41,626 bases of DNA from Octopus sinensis. Lineage: Eukaryota. Numbering within the stretch: position 1 is the first letter of the stretch; the number at the start of each line of letters is the position of its first letter. The position numbers were made by a program, and so were the translations under genes. The notes beneath the pieces are model-generated. The model worked only from the letters and a program-made list of their open reading frames with translations, searched no databases and was not told where the DNA came from. Shown here piece by piece: positions 38,178-41,626 of this stretch. The stretch is from NCBI RefSeq assembly GCF_006345805.1, contig NW_021835224.1, positions 1 through 41,626 of the forward strand, read 5' to 3'.

Positions 38178-38768
38178 GTCCACAACCCGTGGCCTTCTAC
38201 ATGGATGGAGCCAGCCTACGTATGCATACCTTCCCTTCTTGGACACAAAACTCTACTTGTGAAAGACGTGTTGAGGCAAGGAGGATCAGAATCGAAATCG
38301 ATAATGGAAATTGCGGATGTGCTACCAGTGCCGGTGGCATGTCGAAACTCTGCTTGTGAAGACCCATTGAGGCAAGTGAGGATCAGAATCGAAATCGATC
38401 AATGGAAATTGCAGATGTGTTACCAGTGCCGGTGGCATGTAAGAGAACTTCCGTTTCGCGACCGTTGCCAGACACCGCCCCGTTTTCGTGTCCGTTGCCA
38501 GCCGCGCCTGGCCCTCGTGCCGGTGGCACATAAAAAGCACCATCCGTTCGTGGCCGTTTGCCAGCTCTGTCTGGCACCAGTGCGGGTGGCACATAAAAAG
38601 CACCCACTACACTCACGGAGGTGGCGTTAGGAAGGGCATCCAGCGTAGAAACACTGCCAGATTGACTGGGCCTGATGAAGCCTTCTGGCTTCACAGACCC
38701 AGTAGAACCGTCCAACCAATGCTAGCATGGAAAACGGACGCTAAATGATGATGAGATGATGATGATGA
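36530..38768 (+). mobile_element. RTE-clade LINE, 5'-truncated, with 3' UTR and (GAT)n tail
   Basis: RT motifs, an RTE-type C-terminus and a simple-repeat tail, flanked by TA microsatellite. Confidence 0.9.
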
Positions 38769-38851
38769 TATATTATATATATATAATATATATATATTAT
38801 ATATAAGTAATATATATACCCCTTTTGATTGTTTGGGAATTCTCTGATAGT

Positions 38852-38938
38852 TTTCGGCTGACAGTACGAGCCATCTGTATTCACTGCATTTTTTGTAGCT
38901 TAGTAAAGATGTCCTCGTACGAAACGATCGTACCGAGA
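38852..38938 (+). ncRNA. Putative minimal type-I hammerhead ribozyme (core one base short)
   Basis: tttcgg-CTGAC(-)A-gtacgag...ctcgtac-GAAA-cgatcg-TA-ccgaga. Helix I has 6 bp, helix II is a perfect 7 bp, loop III is palindromic and the site is GUA. G8 is absent. Confidence 0.6.
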
Positions 38939-40189
38939 TTTTATCCATTCTTGTTGCTTCTTCCCATACACATATTTATATGTATGCGTGTATGGATATT
39001 ATATGTTTGTGTGTGCATTATAATGTTAATGAACTTATTAAATACACTATTCAAGTGTATACGTGTGTATATATATAAAAAAATTCTAAAAAATTTTTTG
39101 CCACCTATATTGATTAATTATGAATTTTCCTGGTTAAGGCGTAATGGAATCGGCGGTTATATTATTTGCTGCCGATAAATTTGGCGCGAGTGCGATGATT
39201 TGAAAAATTTTAGGTCAGATATTGCCGAGGCAGGGACAGAAATGCCTCGTGAAAAATATCTGTTCCGATCTGGCTATTTCTTACTGACGAATCTAAGGGC
39301 CTATGGAAGATTGGCTTGATTTAATTTAATCAGGTAGTTTACCATTAAACAGTAGATGAACGGTGCATCGTATAAAAATTACAGGGTAAATGTTTTTGTT
39401 TTTTTAATTTTTCTCCTGGTTTACGGAATTGATGTTATTTGCGGTTGAAGCTTTGGCTGTTATTTCTAGTGGGTGAATGGCCTATTATGGCCGTTCTTGA
39501 TTGTGATGTTGAACTTAAAAATGGTTCTATGACTATTAATTTTTTCCCACTAGGCCGCTGGTGGCAAAAAAATTCTACAAATTTGCCAACCCTATATTGA
39601 TTAATATGATGATAATATAATATATATATCTGTGTGAGTGATTTGTCTGGTTGACATTTTGTCTGTCTATTAAAGTCTATCTTGCTGTTGTCTCAATGTT
39701 TATATATATATAATATATATATATATATATACATATATATATGTATGTGTGTGTGTGTATAAAGTCGGTGTGATATATATGTACGTATGTACTTTATATA
39801 TTATATTCATATGTATTATATATATATAAATATATATTACGTATATACATGTGTGTATTTGTATGTATTTATGATTGTGTATATGTATGTTTATGTGAAT
39901 ATATATCTGTAAGTGTATATGCATGTGTGTATGTATATATATGTGTGTGTTATGTCAGTGTATTTACTCACACACACACACATACATGTAATCTATACCA
40001 AAATACATATATATATATATACATATATATACATATATATATACATTATATATACATATACATACATATATATTATATATATAGACATAATATATATATA
40101 TATATATATATAATATATATAGTGTATATATAGTATACATACATGGTCCAACCCATGCTAGCATGGAGAACGGACGTTAAACGACGATG

Positions 40190-40242
<53 letters not shown>

Positions 40243-40820
40243 TATGAAATCACCATTCCGCCACTTGGAGGCATTGAAAATACTCATATCCAGCCGTCTC
40301 CATGGTGTCGTCGTTGAACAAACCAAAACTCTAAAACACGTGTGTTTTTTTTTCCTTAGGAGTTCATTCCGTATTCAACGTCAACTCACTTAATTGTTAT
40401 AAAATGACCGAAAAATAACCCCATCCCTTCCTACGCCTCCACACCCCCCTCTGCCTTCGGTGCATTCACTTAAGTAGAATGGAATTACAGAGGAACCATC
40501 TCTTACCGAAAGCTGACTTATTTCCCCCCCCCCCGCCCCCGATAAAACAATTACTCCAACAAGCAACATCTGATAAATGCAAGAACATCGTTAATGACGG
40601 CAATTTTATTCCCCAAAGTGGGGAACTGCCAACGAATAATCACAGACGATTATTTTGTGAGATCACAAACGCTTTTACATTGTGCGACAAATAGCCACAC
40701 ACCTACATCGATATTGGGTTGCATCAGAGTTAAGTTTCCGAATCTACCATCTAGCTACCCGTGACCGTAGAAAACGGACGTTATAATGGCTGTGTGGTAA
40801 GTATAATGGCTGTGTGGTAA

Positions 40821-41214
40821 GGAGTGGCTGTGTGGTAAGTAGCTTGTTTACCAACCACATGGTTCCGGGTTCAGTCCCACTGCGTGGCATCTTGGGCAAG
40901 TGTCTTCTACTATAGCCCCGGGCCGACCAAAGCCTTGTGAGTGGATTTGGTAGACGGAAACTGAAAGAAGCCTGTCGTATATATGTATATGTATATATGC
41001 ATGTGTGTGTGTTTGTGTGTCTGTGTTTGTCTCCCTAGCATTGCTTGACAACCGATGCTGGTGTGTTTACGTCCCCGTCACTTAGCGGTTCGGCAAAAGA
41101 GACTGATAGATTAACTACTAGGCTTACAAAGAATAAGTCCCGGGGTCGATTTGCTTGACTAAAGGCGGTGCTCCAGCATGGCCACAGTCATATGACTGAA
41201 ACTAGTAAAAGGAT
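40821..41214 (+). mobile_element. SINE family A
   Basis: Consensus match, with a stuttered 5' end at 40783-40840. Confidence 0.85.
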
Positions 41215-41626
41215 AATGCCAGTGATGAGCATCTGCAAGACGCCAATGAAGTATCGTTGTGGCAAATAAATGTCTAATTATATTCACAACCGTTAGACGA
41301 AACCTTTAGGATACTAAAGAAATTAGTACATCTCAGTTTCCGAATCTACATCTAGCTACCTGTGACCGTAGAAAAACGGACGTTATAATGGCTAAAATTT
41401 GATTGTTAATTAAATGTTCCAGAAAAGATTATTTCGTTTTTAAAATTCCCCTAACGACAAAGCTCTCATTAATCTAGAATTGATGTTGGCAGAGATCAAT
41501 GATGTTAACGATGATTATTTGTAAATTGCTAGTGAAGCGAGTATCGTTTTGTGTGTGGCAAATAAGTCTCTCCTTATATTCCCTTTCAACAATTGTTAAA
41601 CAAAACTGAAAGAAGCTCCCGTATAT

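Noticed and set aside
39284-39335. CTGACGA followed by an atct/agat stem
   Set aside because: No GAAA after the stem, so the hammerhead is incomplete.
1865-40393. Dozens of ORFs rich in HT/YI/CV/LSIY/poly-P/H/V/K/R
   Set aside because: They are translations of microsatellites, open in several frames and on both strands, with no domain signal.

Overview
Repeat-saturated eukaryotic DNA with no recognisable host protein-coding gene. The mix of tRNA-derived SINE families, an RTE LINE, a Penelope-like element and abundant (TA)n/(CA)n/(GATA)n tracts suggests an octopus/cephalopod genome (inferred from recalled repeat families, not checked). Almost all listed ORFs are microsatellite translations. 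Real coding remnants: a Tigger/pogo transposase C-terminus (~0.75-1.1 kb), a 5'-truncated Penelope-like RT+GIY-YIG element with an inverted pseudo-LTR (32.1-34.6 kb), a 5'-truncated RTE LINE with a PHD-type zinc finger inserted in its RT (36.5-38.8 kb), and a decayed CR1/L2-type LINE end. Two non-autonomous Helitrons sit tail-to-tail at 11.1-12.4 kb. The main finding is three unrelated (TA)n-embedded elements that each carry a minimal type-I hammerhead-ribozyme-like motif. The most striking is a non-coding 543-bp array (about 6 units in one direction, then 2 inverted units; 5475-9780) with one hammerhead per unit. It mirrors the inverted, tails-out layout of the Penelope element and shares its unusual CCGANGA...UGAAA...GUU core, so it is a candidate Penelope-mobilised retrozyme-like system. 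Frequent 1-bp indels suggest an unpolished long-read assembly, so frameshifts and single-base core defects may be artefacts.
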